Below, piece by piece: positions 52,515 through 62,903 of a stretch of 64,000 nt of DNA. The translations under genes and the position numbers were made by a program. The stretch is from an uncultured Nitrospiraceae bacterium (GTDB lineage: Bacteria > Nitrospirota > Thermodesulfovibrionia > Thermodesulfovibrionales > UBA6898), in NCBI GenBank assembly GCA_963811165.1, contig CAWEQH010000010.1:288001-352000 (forward strand). Direction: 5' to 3'. Within the stretch, counting starts at the first letter, position 1; every line of letters starts with the position of its first letter. The notes beneath the pieces were generated by a model that was not told where the DNA came from, searched no databases, and was given only the letters and a program-made list of their open reading frames with translations.

Positions 52515-53180
52515 ATGGGAACCATAACCGATAGAGAGAGAATCGACGAGGCACTGGAACTCATTTGGGTATTGGAGGAGGAGGGCCATCGTGAGGTTGA
52601 CCGTTTTAGTCTCAGTTCCGACGATGCGGACGTCGCCGTGCTTTTAGATACCCTCAAGGATGAGGGCCTTGTGAACATAAGCGACGGCTCGATCCATCTC
52701 ACAGAAAGAGGCCGCAAGATGGCAAAGGGTCTGATCAGAAGACAGCGTTTGGCAGAGAGGCTCTTCACGGATGTATTCGAGATGCCGGAGAACACCGTTT
52801 TGGACGATGCATGCAAAATGGAACATATCCTCAGCGAGGAGCTTACGGAAAGCGTATGCATTTTCCTTGGACACCCCCCGACATGCCCTCATGGAAAACC
52901 GATCCCCAGAGGAGAATGTTGCAAGAAGCTGAAAGTGGAGGTGACGCCGGTCGTAACGAGACTGTCGGAATTCGAGGTCGGTGCGACAGGAAAGATCACT
53001 TTTATCGTCCCTTCAGACCCCTCGAGGCTCAGCAAACTCAATTCGCTGGGTATTTCTGCCGGAAGTGTCATTAAATTCGTCCAAAAAGTACCTTCCTGCG
53101 TTTTGCAGATCGATGAAACGACCGTAGCAATCGATCCCGAAATAGCCAGGGAGATATATCTGAAAAAAGTAGTAAAATAA
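52515..53180 (+). CDS. DtxR/MntR-family metal-dependent regulator with FeoA domain
   Basis: RRQRLAERL, ACKMEH and CPHGKPIP; C-terminal FeoA/SH3. Confidence 0.88.
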   Translation: MGTITDRERIDEALELIWVLEEEGHREVDRFSLSSDDADVAVLLDTLKDEGLVNISDGSIHLTERGRKMAKGLIRRQRLAERLFTDVFEMPENTVLDDACKMEHILSEELTESVCIFLGHPPTCPHGKPIPRGECCKKLKVEVTPVVTRLSEFEVGATGKITFIVPSDPSRLSKLNSLGISAGSVIKFVQKVPSCVLQIDETTVAIDPEIAREIYLKKVVK

Positions 53181-53243
53181 CTTTTCCCCCGACAGATTTT
53201 TTTGTTGTCATTACATTGTCTTTTTTTGTATGGTTAATACGAT

Positions 53244-53696
53244 ATGAAGGAGCGCGAAAGAATATCGGCCGATGAGCTCTTCAGTAACGGCCTTCGTCTC
53301 TTGGATGAAGCAAATATCCTGGGCGCCCTTGCCTGCTTTGAAAAGGCCCATATCCATGAAAAGTCACCCATAATCCAGTCCTATCTGGCCTACTGTATAG
53401 CGATGGAGAGGGGCCAAATCTCAGATGCCCTAGACCTCTGCCGGGCTGCCATCGAAGCGGAGCCTCACAACCCCGAACATTATCTGAATCTCGCGAGGGT
53501 TTATTTGAAGGCAAAAAGAAAGGACGAGGCGATAGCGGCGCTGAGAAAGGGACTTTCTTTCGGCGACAATAGGGAAATAAGGGTACTTCTGGAACGCCTT
53601 GGGCTCCGCAAGAAGCCAGTTTTTTCCTTTCTGCCAAGGAACAGTTTTCTGAATAAATACCTGGGCCTTATTCTCAGGCAACTCAGGTTGCGATGA
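53244..53696 (+). CDS. TPR repeat protein
   Basis: TPR-like helices (HYLNLARVYL...EAI..LRKGL). Confidence 0.75.
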   Translation: MKERERISADELFSNGLRLLDEANILGALACFEKAHIHEKSPIIQSYLAYCIAMERGQISDALDLCRAAIEAEPHNPEHYLNLARVYLKAKRKDEAIAALRKGLSFGDNREIRVLLERLGLRKKPVFSFLPRNSFLNKYLGLILRQLRLR

Positions 53697-53740
53697 TCTT
53701 TTCAAAGTAACCAGGCAACCTCATTCATGAAAGTACCCTG

Positions 53741-54562
53741 TCAGACGTACTTTTTGATATTCCTGTGGTTGCCGATATCGAATTTTTCTCTCAAGTCATC
53801 CCCCAGGAGGTTGAAACAGACGGCGGTGAGCGCTATCATTACGCCTGGGGAGAGAACCATCCACGGGGCCGCATTTATATAGGCCCTGTTCGCACTTATC
53901 ATAGAGCCCCAGGTAGCAATTGGCGGTTGGGCACCCAGACCGAGAAAGCTCAGGGCAGATTCGGTCAGTATATATCCTCCAAGCTTCAGGCCGGTCATTA
54001 CGAGGGCAAGCGGGACGCATTGCGGCAGGAGGTGGACAAATACGATCCTCAAGTCGCCGCATCCGACGGCCCTTGCCGCCTCCACAAAGGAAGATTCCTT
54101 AAGGGACATCACCTGTCCCCTTATCAGTCTGGCAAAAGACGCCCATCCCACAGTGGACAATGCGATCATAACTGTATAGATCCCCGGAGGGAAGAGCACA
54201 GAGACACCGATTGCGAGAAGGAGTGACGGAAAGGCAAGTATCAAATCCACGATCGCCATGCAAAGCGTATCTATTTTGCCCCCGATATAACCGGACAGGA
54301 GGCCCACGACCAGCCCTATACCCATCGACAAGAGGGCGGCAAAAACAGAAACAGTTATCGAAATTCGGCCTCCGTACAACACCCGTGTGAGGATATCCCT
54401 TCCTTTATTATCCGTACCCAACGGGTGGTGAAAAGAGGGCGGCTGACGGAGACTGTCGAGATCAATAATATCGGGAGAATACCGCACCAGAGCCGGCGAA
54501 ATCATCGACAGGGAAAAAAGGCATATTAGGATACAGGCCGATATCTTACCGGTCAGCCCCAT
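53741..54562 (-). CDS. Peptide/nickel ABC transporter permease (OppC/DppC)
   Basis: HPLGTD..GRD, FVEAARAVG and ESALSFLGLG. Confidence 0.92.
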   Translation of the reverse strand: MGLTGKISACILICLFSLSMISPALVRYSPDIIDLDSLRQPPSFHHPLGTDNKGRDILTRVLYGGRISITVSVFAALLSMGIGLVVGLLSGYIGGKIDTLCMAIVDLILAFPSLLLAIGVSVLFPPGIYTVMIALSTVGWASFARLIRGQVMSLKESSFVEAARAVGCGDLRIVFVHLLPQCVPLALVMTGLKLGGYILTESALSFLGLGAQPPIATWGSMISANRAYINAAPWMVLSPGVMIALTAVCFNLLGDDLREKFDIGNHRNIKKYV

Positions 54563-55478
54563 GGATCCTCACCCGGGGGTCTAAATAATGATACATAACA
54601 TCGACAGCGAGATTGATCAGTACAAAGAGTATCGTCCCGACGACAATACATCCCATTATTACCGGATAATCCCTCTTTACAATGCCCTCCATCGTAAACC
54701 TGCCGATACCGTCCCACCCGAATATAGTTTCGGTAAGCACGGCCCCGTTAAGATAGCTCCCGAAATCCAGGCCAATCACTGTCACGACAGGTATCAGAGC
54801 GTTTTTCATTATATGAAGAGTGTTAATACTGAATTCCTTTAACCCCTTTGCTCTTGCAGTCCTTATAAACGCCGTATCTACCACATCCAAAACGGACACG
54901 CGGGTCACCCTGGTGATGGTGGCAAGCGCAGGGAGGGCAAGCGTCAGCGAAGGGAGTACCACATATCGCAATCCGCCTGTCCCTGATGGTGGCAAAACCT
55001 TTAGTCTGAGGCTGAAAAAAAGCATAATAAGGAGCCCGCTCCAAAAAACAGGTACGCTGAGAAAAAGGATGCTTATAATCGAAACAACCCGGTCAATTAT
55101 GCCGCCCTTCTTAAGTGCCGAAAAAAGTCCGAGCAAAATTCCGAGAGGCACCGCAATACCCATCGCCCCTGCAGCCAGCAATAGCGTCTTGGGGAACTTC
55201 GATTTTATGTCATCAAACACTTTCCTGTTGGTATAATAGGACCTCCCCATTTCTCCCTTCATCAACAATGAGACATATCCCATGTATTGCCTCGCAGTCC
55301 CCTTATCGGCTCCAATTTCTTTCCTTACCTTCTCTATAATCTCCGGACTGCTTCTTTCTCCCACCAGGGTATAGACAGGATCTCCGGGGAGCGCCTTTGT
55401 CAGAGTAAAGGTAAGCATCGTGATCCCCAAAAGCAACGGGATGAGGAGCGCTATTCTTTTTATAATATAGAAACTCAA
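54546..55478 (-). CDS. Peptide/nickel ABC transporter permease (OppB/DppB)
   Basis: PGDP, TARAKGL, ETIF.W.GIG and RDYPV. Confidence 0.92.
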   Translation of the reverse strand: MSFYIIKRIALLIPLLLGITMLTFTLTKALPGDPVYTLVGERSSPEIIEKVRKEIGADKGTARQYMGYVSLLMKGEMGRSYYTNRKVFDDIKSKFPKTLLLAAGAMGIAVPLGILLGLFSALKKGGIIDRVVSIISILFLSVPVFWSGLLIMLFFSLRLKVLPPSGTGGLRYVVLPSLTLALPALATITRVTRVSVLDVVDTAFIRTARAKGLKEFSINTLHIMKNALIPVVTVIGLDFGSYLNGAVLTETIFGWDGIGRFTMEGIVKRDYPVIMGCIVVGTILFVLINLAVDVMYHYLDPRVRIHGADR

Positions 55479-57055
55479 AAGGAGACCTCCAATCCTTTGT
55501 CCATGCTGTAAATTGGGTATATCCTGTAATTCTTCACGTATGGCTGACGAAGCGTAAAGTCCGTTTTATGCCAGAAAAAGACCCAAGGGGATTCCTCTGT
55601 AATAATGTCTTCTGCAAGACCGTAATCACGATACCGCTCAGCCGGCTCGATCGCCCCCTGCCCCGCCTCTATGAGCCTGTCCACTTTCTTGTTTGTATAT
55701 CTCGCCCTGTTGCCGCTTGCGCCGTGATTGTTCGAGTGGAAGAGTGGAAACAGGAAATTCTCGGGGTCTGGATAATCTGCCCACCAGCTTAACCAGAAAA
55801 GATCCGCCTCACCTTTATTTATGGCGGCCTTATATGCGCTCCACTCAAGCTGCTTTATATGAACATCAAGCCCCGCCTCTTTAAGATAGGACTGGATTAT
55901 CTCAGCGATATCCACCATCTCCTGATCGGAAGTGATGAAAAAATTCACCACCCTGTTCACTGCACCCTCTTCCGCGATGATTCTTTTCGCCCTTAAAGGG
56001 TCATATTTCACAGTTTCCCGCAGTTTCCATTTCCTCAGCAGGTCGGGCACAGGGCCCTGCGCAAGCCTCCCCCTTCCCTCATAAAAGGTTTCGAGGATTT
56101 TTCTTCTGTCTATTGCAGAGGCAACGGCCTTCCTAAGATTCATATCGTCAAACGGAGGTCTCGAACAGTTAAACCCAAGATAATAGGTATTCAGACCATT
56201 GACGGAGGAAATCAGGCCTCTCCACTTTGGAGAGCTCCTGTACCTCGAGTATTCATAGGCGGGGACCCCGATTACATCTAGGTTCCCCAGTTCAAACTCG
56301 GTCACCGCGGTAAGGTCTTCGGGAATGATCCTGTATACAATCCCTGAAATATGCGCCTGTCCTTCGAAATATCCTCTATTTCTTTCCAGGATGAGTTGAC
56401 TGTTATGTCCCCATTCTCTCAAGATAAACGGGCCGCTTCCGACCGGATGGGTCGCATAATCGCTCCCCCATTTTTTCACTTCCTCCTCCGGCACAATGTA
56501 GGCTGCCGTCATCGTAAGAAGATTAAGAAAGGGGGAAAAAGGTTTGACCAGTCTAATCTTTAGGGTATATCTGTCCTTCACTTCCAGTCCCTCCACGTCG
56601 GATGCCTTACCGCTCATATATTGCTTTGCACCGAGTATCTTGTCCAAAACCCAGGAGTTCGGAGACTTTCCTCCGGGATCAAGTATCCTTTTAAAGGAAT
56701 ACTTGACGTCATAAGCCGTAACTTCCCGTTCATTAGAAAATTTGACATTATGTCTGAGAAAGAAAAGGTAGATAGTGCCGTTATCGCTTATCTTCCACCG
56801 TTCGGCTATATCCGGAATCACACTCAGGTTCTCATCGAGTCTCACCAGGCCGTTAAAGAGTTTGGCGGCGATTATGCCGCCCGTCACATCTACGATAAGT
56901 GCGGGATCGAGAGTAGTCGGGTTGTAATTCAGTCTGTAGTAGATGAAGTCGTCAGTCCTGTTTCGGCTCGAACAGGCGGGGAATGACAGCAGGAGACCGA
57001 AAAGGCAGAATGCACTTACGATCCTTTTGCTATTCTTACTAAAGATATATTGCAC
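55475..57055 (-). CDS. Peptide ABC transporter substrate-binding lipoprotein (family 5)
   Basis: Lipobox, TLDP, PVGSGPF and W.ADYPDP. Confidence 0.9.
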   Translation of the reverse strand: MQYIFSKNSKRIVSAFCLFGLLLSFPACSSRNRTDDFIYYRLNYNPTTLDPALIVDVTGGIIAAKLFNGLVRLDENLSVIPDIAERWKISDNGTIYLFFLRHNVKFSNEREVTAYDVKYSFKRILDPGGKSPNSWVLDKILGAKQYMSGKASDVEGLEVKDRYTLKIRLVKPFSPFLNLLTMTAAYIVPEEEVKKWGSDYATHPVGSGPFILREWGHNSQLILERNRGYFEGQAHISGIVYRIIPEDLTAVTEFELGNLDVIGVPAYEYSRYRSSPKWRGLISSVNGLNTYYLGFNCSRPPFDDMNLRKAVASAIDRRKILETFYEGRGRLAQGPVPDLLRKWKLRETVKYDPLRAKRIIAEEGAVNRVVNFFITSDQEMVDIAEIIQSYLKEAGLDVHIKQLEWSAYKAAINKGEADLFWLSWWADYPDPENFLFPLFHSNNHGASGNRARYTNKKVDRLIEAGQGAIEPAERYRDYGLAEDIITEESPWVFFWHKTDFTLRQPYVKNYRIYPIYSMDKGLEVSF

Positions 57056-57081
57056 GAATAATTATAATATATTCGCTGTTA

Positions 57082-58143
57082 TCAGGGTATCCGCTGCCCG
57101 ACAATTTCGTCTTCCGTATGACGGAATATCTCAAACACCGAGATGAAGACGGCAGTGATAAGGGGGCCCATAATCAACCCGATCACCCCGAATAATTTTA
57201 TTCCGCCGAGTACACTGAACAATATTACGATCGTAGGCATCTTCGTCCTGCTCCCGATTATTAAAGGTTTTAAAATATTGTCCACCATGCTGATAACGAA
57301 GACTCCGAAGAGTAAAAGGCCGATGCCCTGGGCAAAGCTATGTTCGATGATAAGATAGATCGAAGTGGGACCCCAGATCGCAAAAGTGCCCAGAAGTGGT
57401 ACAAACGACATCACCGACATGGCCATCCCCCACATCACCGGCGCCTCAATACCGATGAAAGCATAGGCGATGCCTCCCAGGATTCCCTGAATAATCGCAA
57501 CCACGACGCCCCCGTATACTGTCGAGACGATCATATCTTTAATCTGTCCCGCAAGTCTCTCTTTCTGCGTTTCACTAAACGGCAAGTAATCCTTGGCCTT
57601 AGAGAGAAAGCCGGGCCCATCTTTTAAAAAAAAGAAAGTGGTAAAGACGACAAAAATAAAGTCTATTACGGCCGCCAAAATATTTGATATCCTCAAGGAA
57701 ACTTCCTGGAGGAGGCCCTTTCCCACTTTTTTTACGTTTTCAAGTATTACCGCCTCCGAGATGAGGTCCTCCGCCCCGGTATAGGCACGCATCTTTTCAA
57801 AAAGCGGCGAGGAATTCATTTTTTGAACAACTTCCTTCAGGAGGTCTGCGTTACTGTCGTTAATCCTGACAGCAACGACCTGCACTTCGTCGATAAGTAG
57901 CAGAGTGAGATAGGTGATCGGGCCAATGAGTATAATGAGTATCAAAACGATCGTCATTGCAGCGGATATAGCCCTGATCCTGATACGGCGAGAGATAAAT
58001 ACGAAGACAGGGTAGAAAATTATCGAAATCACGATCGACCAGGCAATGGCGGCAAAAAAAGGGCTCATGATCTCATAGGTAAGGTATCCCAGCGTTCCAA
58101 GAAGGAATAGCAGCGTAACGAAATAGAATCTATCCTTAAGCAC
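57082..58143 (-). CDS. AI-2E family transporter
   Basis: FFFLKDG, DNILKP and GLIMGP; GTG start at 58143. Confidence 0.88.
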   Translation of the reverse strand: MLKDRFYFVTLLFLLGTLGYLTYEIMSPFFAAIAWSIVISIIFYPVFVFISRRIRIRAISAAMTIVLILIILIGPITYLTLLLIDEVQVVAVRINDSNADLLKEVVQKMNSSPLFEKMRAYTGAEDLISEAVILENVKKVGKGLLQEVSLRISNILAAVIDFIFVVFTTFFFLKDGPGFLSKAKDYLPFSETQKERLAGQIKDMIVSTVYGGVVVAIIQGILGGIAYAFIGIEAPVMWGMAMSVMSFVPLLGTFAIWGPTSIYLIIEHSFAQGIGLLLFGVFVISMVDNILKPLIIGSRTKMPTIVILFSVLGGIKLFGVIGLIMGPLITAVFISVFEIFRHTEDEIVGQRIP

Positions 58144-58801
58144 GGCACGCCGCGACGAATCTCTCAAACAACCGCCTCGACAATAAGCTCTGCATCCTCT
58201 CCGGATGCCACTGGACACCGACAAGGAATGCGGGTCCTTCGCCATAAAATGCCTCGACTATTCCGTCCTGAGCCCATACAAAAGGTTTCAGCCCCTTCCC
58301 CACCCGCTTTACCGCCTGGTGATGACTACTGTTGACTTCACTCCTAGAGGCCTCCATAAACGGGTTATCCTCAATAATGACGCCATGTTCACCCCTGGCG
58401 TGTTCCAGAGATTCAGGCACCTGCAAAGGTAAATCCTGATAAAGACTTCCCTGAAAAAAAATATTGATCAGTTGCATTCCGTAACATACGCCAAGAACAG
58501 GTTTCTTCCGTCCAATTATCTCACGAAGAAGAGAAAATTCAAAATCAATTCTCACTCGCTCTTCCGGTACAATCCGATAGACAGCGCTTTCTCCGTAGAA
58601 CGATGGCTCCAGGTCCCCGCCCCCGGGGATAATAAAACCGTCATAACGGGTTGCAAGATCACCGACCTCGCTTTGCGGAGGGACAAAAACAGCTTTCCCC
58701 CCCGCCTTTTCCACTGACATTAAATATAACTCGCGCCCAGGGGGGAATATCGAGTTGGTTCCGCAGGTTATCGCTATGATAGGCGGCGCGCTGGTCTTCA
58801 T
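58136..58801 (-). CDS. Peptidase C26 / gamma-glutamyl-GABA hydrolase family
   Basis: PGGGD, GVCYGMQ, VNSSHHQ and VQWHPE. Confidence 0.9.
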   Translation of the reverse strand: MKTSAPPIIAITCGTNSIFPPGRELYLMSVEKAGGKAVFVPPQSEVGDLATRYDGFIIPGGGDLEPSFYGESAVYRIVPEERVRIDFEFSLLREIIGRKKPVLGVCYGMQLINIFFQGSLYQDLPLQVPESLEHARGEHGVIIEDNPFMEASRSEVNSSHHQAVKRVGKGLKPFVWAQDGIVEAFYGEGPAFLVGVQWHPERMQSLLSRRLFERFVAACRA

Positions 58802-58938
58802 CCAGAATGCGACATGAATTCCGTCGATTGATATATGCCGGAAATAAAGTCCTGTTTTATAATCTTATCCCGAAAAAAAGCTTCGAGTCGGCCGGCTAGA
58901 TATGCAGGCTGAACGGCAGTAAAAAGCAATAGAGGATT

Positions 58939-59550
58939 TCAGTCATTCCCTTCCTTTTGATCGTTCATTACCACTATATCCTCCCCGGTGCCTTCGATAC
59001 CCTCGCAGGCTTTCCCCATATCCTGCAAAAGATGGCTCTTTTTAATGTTCAGTTGTTTATCCGCAATTACGGCCTTAAGTCCCATGAGGCCGATATTTAT
59101 CTTTTCCCCGTTTCTGTTAAATGATAGCGTAGTTTTACTCGCCTGATCTTCCTCGTTATAGAATGCCTCCGCCTTCTTCCTAAATAGTCTTGCAGCTTCT
59201 TTGAAATGCTTGGTCATGTTTTTCGTTTCGCACATAATGACAAAGTCGTGGGTACTCACGGTGCCGACGAAACATTTGCTGCATTTTTCGCACGTAGTTT
59301 TAAGGATAGCTGCCGCCCATTGTATTATCTCCGCATGTCTGTCGGGACCGTACTTTATTAAGTAGGGATGGACATTGGCGATTCTGACGTATGCGACCGA
59401 GTATCTGCCTATGTGCGGATAGACCTGTTCTAACCTCTTTATGATCGCAGCCCTATCGGGAAGGCCAGTAAGAAAATCAGGCCACAAGTCCGGGTTTTCC
59501 TGCCTTCTATGGAGTTGCTGAATGTACTTCCTCGCCTCCGCAATTCCCAT
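58939..59550 (-). CDS. Degenerate GGDEF-like protein
   Basis: DFLTGLP, KYG and STHDFV in place of GGDDF. Confidence 0.6.
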   Translation of the reverse strand: MGIAEARKYIQQLHRRQENPDLWPDFLTGLPDRAAIIKRLEQVYPHIGRYSVAYVRIANVHPYLIKYGPDRHAEIIQWAAAILKTTCEKCSKCFVGTVSTHDFVIMCETKNMTKHFKEAARLFRKKAEAFYNEEDQASKTTLSFNRNGEKINIGLMGLKAVIADKQLNIKKSHLLQDMGKACEGIEGTGEDIVVMNDQKEGND

Positions 59551-59686
59551 CTAAGCCCCCTCTCTGCTGACACCCGTTATCCGCATTCCTGTACCTGAAA
59601 GGTATATATAATTAACCGCATTTTAATCAGGATTGTCAACTTTTAGTTATAATTATCAGGTAAGTATTTATTCCCCACCTCTCCAT

Positions 59687-59721
59687 AAAAAAAGGGGACA
59701 TAATTGTTGTCCCCTTTTTTT
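59687..59721 (-). terminator. Intrinsic terminator downstream of ppdK
   Basis: AAAAAAAGGGGACA-loop-TGTCCCCTTTTTTT. Confidence 0.85.
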
Positions 59722-59754
59722 AACAACGGCCTATTTGGGCCTTTTTTTGCCCTG

Positions 59755-62511
59755 CTATTTTTTCTTCTTTTTCTCTTTTAATGCAGCCTGTGCCGCAGCG
59801 AACCTCGCGATCGGAACCCTGTAGGGCGAACAGCTCACGTAGTTAAGCCCTATCTCATGGCAGAATTCGACGGATTTCGCCTCTCCGCCATGTTCCCCGC
59901 ATATACCCATCTTGAGGTCCTTCTTCACCTTCCGTCCCTTCTCTACAGCCACGCGCATGAAAGCGCCGACACCGTCGGTGTCGATCGAAACAAAGGGATC
60001 CTCTTTAAGAATGCCCGCTTCGACATAATAAGGCAGGAACCTTCCGGCATCGTCTCTTGAAAGGCCGTAGACCGTCTGTGTCAGGTCGTTTGTGCCGAAT
60101 GAATAGAAGTCGGCCTGTGCCGCGATCTCGTCAGAGGTCACACATGCCCTCGGCAGCTCTATCATCGTGCCTACGGTATATGCTACCTTCGCCTTGTATT
60201 GCTTCAGGACGCTCTCGGCAGTCGCCACCGTAAGTGCCCTCATCATCTCAAGCTCCTTCACATGTCCGACAAGAGGGATCATGATCTCGGGAATCACCTT
60301 CACCTTCTGCTTTGCAAGCTCGCATGCCGCCTCCATGATCGCCTGCACCTGCATCTCATAGATCTCGGGATAGGTGACGCCGAGACGGCAGCCGCGGTGG
60401 CCGAGCATGGGGTTGAACTCATGAAGCGACTTGTTCTTTGCGTTAAGATGATCGAAGGAGACGCCCATATCTTTCGAAAGCTCCTCGAGTTCATTGTCGG
60501 TGTGCGGAAGGAATTCATGAAGAGGCGGGTCAAGAAGCCTTATGGTCACCGGAAGACCCGCCATCGCCTTGAATATGCCGGCGAAATCGTCTTTCTGGAA
60601 GGGAAGAAGCTTTGCAAGCGCCTTTTTTCTTCCTTCTACCGTGTCGGAGAGGATCATCTCCCTCACCGCCTTGATCCTGTCCGGACCGAAGAACATGTGC
60701 TCGGTTCTGCAGAGGCCGATCCCCTGCGCTCCGTGGTTTCTCGCAACGATCGCGTCATTAGGCGTGTCCGCGTTTGTCCTGACGCCGAGGGTCCTGAACA
60801 GGTCGGCCCATTTCATCAATTCCTTATACCATTTGTTGTGCTCGGGGTCCGCAGGCAGGAGGTCGAGCTTGCCTTCATACACTCTTCCCTTTGACCCGTT
60901 AAGGGTGATCCAGTCGCTTTCTTTAAGACTGTGGCCGTTGACCCGGATGACCCGGTTTTTAACGTCGATGTCGAGGGCCGAGCAGCCAACGATGCAGCAT
61001 TTGCCCCATCCTCTTGCAACGAGCGCCGCGTGGCTTGTCATTCCTCCCTTGGCGGTAAGGATCGCCTCTGCGGCATGCATGCCGTGGACGTCTTCAGGAG
61101 AGGTCTCGTTCCTGACGAGTACTACCTTCTCGCCCTTTTTCGCCCATGCCTCGGCGTCGTCAGCGGTGAAGACGACCTTGCCGATGGCGCCCCCTGGGCC
61201 GGCCGGTAACCCCTTTGCGAGTTCAACAGCCCTCTTCTCTGCAGCAGGATCTACGCTTGGGTGGAGAAGCTCATCGATCTGGTCGGGCTTTACGCGAAGC
61301 ACCGCCGTCTCCTTACTAATCAGCTTCGATTTCGCCATTTCGACCGCCATACGGATGGCCGCCTGTCCGTTTCGCTTGCCGACTCTTGTCTGCAACATCC
61401 AGAGTCTCCCGTCTTCGATCGTAAACTCTATGTCCTGCATGTCCCTGTAATGATTTTCGAGTTTCCGCTGGATCCCGAAGAGCTGCTTATATACCTTGGG
61501 CATCGCCTCTTCGAGCGACTGCAGATGTCTGGTGTCCTCCGTCTTTCCGGCCTTGTTCACAGGATTCGGAGTGCGTATTCCCGCAACAACGTCTTCTCCC
61601 TGTGCATTCGGAAGCCATTCACCGAAGAACATGTTCTCTCCGGTGGCCGGGTTTCTGGTGAAGGCAACGCCTGTTGCGGAGTTATCTCCGGTATTGCCGA
61701 ATACCATCGACTGGACGTTTACCGCAGTCCCCCATTCCTCGGGTATCTTTTCGATCTTCCTGTACGAAACGGCGCGTTTGCCCATCCACGACTGAAAGAC
61801 CGCTCCTATTCCGCCCCAGAGCTGTTCCTTGGGATCATCCGGAAAGTCTTTCTTCAGCGACTGTTTGATGACGGCCTTGAACTCGTCGCAGAGTTTCTTC
61901 AAGTCCTCGATGCTGAGGTCGGTGTCGCTTGAATAGCCCATCTTTTTCTTCAACCCTTCCATCGCATGCTCAAGCTTTTGTCTGATTCCTTGGCCGTCTT
62001 CGGGCTCTATACCGGCTGCCTTTTCCATCACGACGTCGGAATACATCATCATCAGGCGGCGGTAGGCGTCATAAACGAAGCGCTCGTTGTCCGTCCTCTT
62101 TATCATTCCCGGGATCGTTTTTGTGGTAAGACCCACGTTAAGGACGGTCTCCATCATGCCAGGCATGGAGCTCCTCGCCCCGGAACGGACAGAGACGAGA
62201 AGGGGATCATGAGGATCGCCGAATTTCTTTCCGATGATCTTTTCGACCTTGGCCAGCGCGTCTTCGACCTGCTTGCTCAGTTCAGGAGGGTATTTTCGGT
62301 TGTTCCTGTAATAGAGGGTGCAGACTTCGGTGGTGATCGTAAAGCCGGGCGGAACGGGAATGCCGAGGTTCGTCATCTCGGCAACATTAGCCCCCTTGCC
62401 CCCGAGAAGATTTTTCATTTCCGCCTTACCATCCGCTTTGCCGGCCCCAAAAAAATAGACATATTTGTTAGACGTTTTCTTCGCAATCTTTTTAGTAACT
62501 GACTTAGCCAT
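59755..62511 (-). CDS. ppdK: Pyruvate phosphate dikinase
   Basis: LLGGKGAN, SVRSGA..SMPGMM, GGMTSHAA, GLCRTEHMF and GTNDLTQ. Confidence 0.98.
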   Translation of the reverse strand: MAKSVTKKIAKKTSNKYVYFFGAGKADGKAEMKNLLGGKGANVAEMTNLGIPVPPGFTITTEVCTLYYRNNRKYPPELSKQVEDALAKVEKIIGKKFGDPHDPLLVSVRSGARSSMPGMMETVLNVGLTTKTIPGMIKRTDNERFVYDAYRRLMMMYSDVVMEKAAGIEPEDGQGIRQKLEHAMEGLKKKMGYSSDTDLSIEDLKKLCDEFKAVIKQSLKKDFPDDPKEQLWGGIGAVFQSWMGKRAVSYRKIEKIPEEWGTAVNVQSMVFGNTGDNSATGVAFTRNPATGENMFFGEWLPNAQGEDVVAGIRTPNPVNKAGKTEDTRHLQSLEEAMPKVYKQLFGIQRKLENHYRDMQDIEFTIEDGRLWMLQTRVGKRNGQAAIRMAVEMAKSKLISKETAVLRVKPDQIDELLHPSVDPAAEKRAVELAKGLPAGPGGAIGKVVFTADDAEAWAKKGEKVVLVRNETSPEDVHGMHAAEAILTAKGGMTSHAALVARGWGKCCIVGCSALDIDVKNRVIRVNGHSLKESDWITLNGSKGRVYEGKLDLLPADPEHNKWYKELMKWADLFRTLGVRTNADTPNDAIVARNHGAQGIGLCRTEHMFFGPDRIKAVREMILSDTVEGRKKALAKLLPFQKDDFAGIFKAMAGLPVTIRLLDPPLHEFLPHTDNELEELSKDMGVSFDHLNAKNKSLHEFNPMLGHRGCRLGVTYPEIYEMQVQAIMEAACELAKQKVKVIPEIMIPLVGHVKELEMMRALTVATAESVLKQYKAKVAYTVGTMIELPRACVTSDEIAAQADFYSFGTNDLTQTVYGLSRDDAGRFLPYYVEAGILKEDPFVSIDTDGVGAFMRVAVEKGRKVKKDLKMGICGEHGGEAKSVEFCHEIGLNYVSCSPYRVPIARFAAAQAALKEKKKKK

Positions 62512-62754
62512 TGATACCCCTCCCAACAAATTTAAACATAGTAATTCCTATTCATTATAGGGATTTATAGACTACCTTACTGACCGAAAAAATTCAATAT
62601 GCGGATATAAAGTAAATTCTTATAAATTCATTAGGAATTATAATGAACTGATCTTTACCGAACAATAAGCCGACCTTCCACGCTTGTATAACAGTCCTAT
62701 GCAGGATGGCCGTAGCAGAGCAAAAGTCAAAGGGGTGCATGCCAGAAACGGAGA

Positions 62755-62903
62755 TTACTGATTGGCCTCCTTAGAAAAAAGCTCGACGACCTTTGTCTCC
62801 TCTTCCCTCATGGCCGACCTTCCGTGACATCCCCCCTGACATGAGCTTTCTCTCCAAGTATTAGCTTCGATATTGCCTTCAATGTTGCCGTCTACCCTGA
62901 GTG
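62755..62903 (-). pseudogene. Bactofilin (polymer-forming cytoskeletal protein) remnant
   Basis: Fragments TLRVDGNIEGNIEA / LILGEKAHVRGDV / AMREEETKVVELF in shifting frames. Confidence 0.65.

Noticed and set aside
60199..62502. Several long plus-strand ORFs (178-302 aa)
   Set aside because: Antisense shadows of the codon-biased ppdK gene
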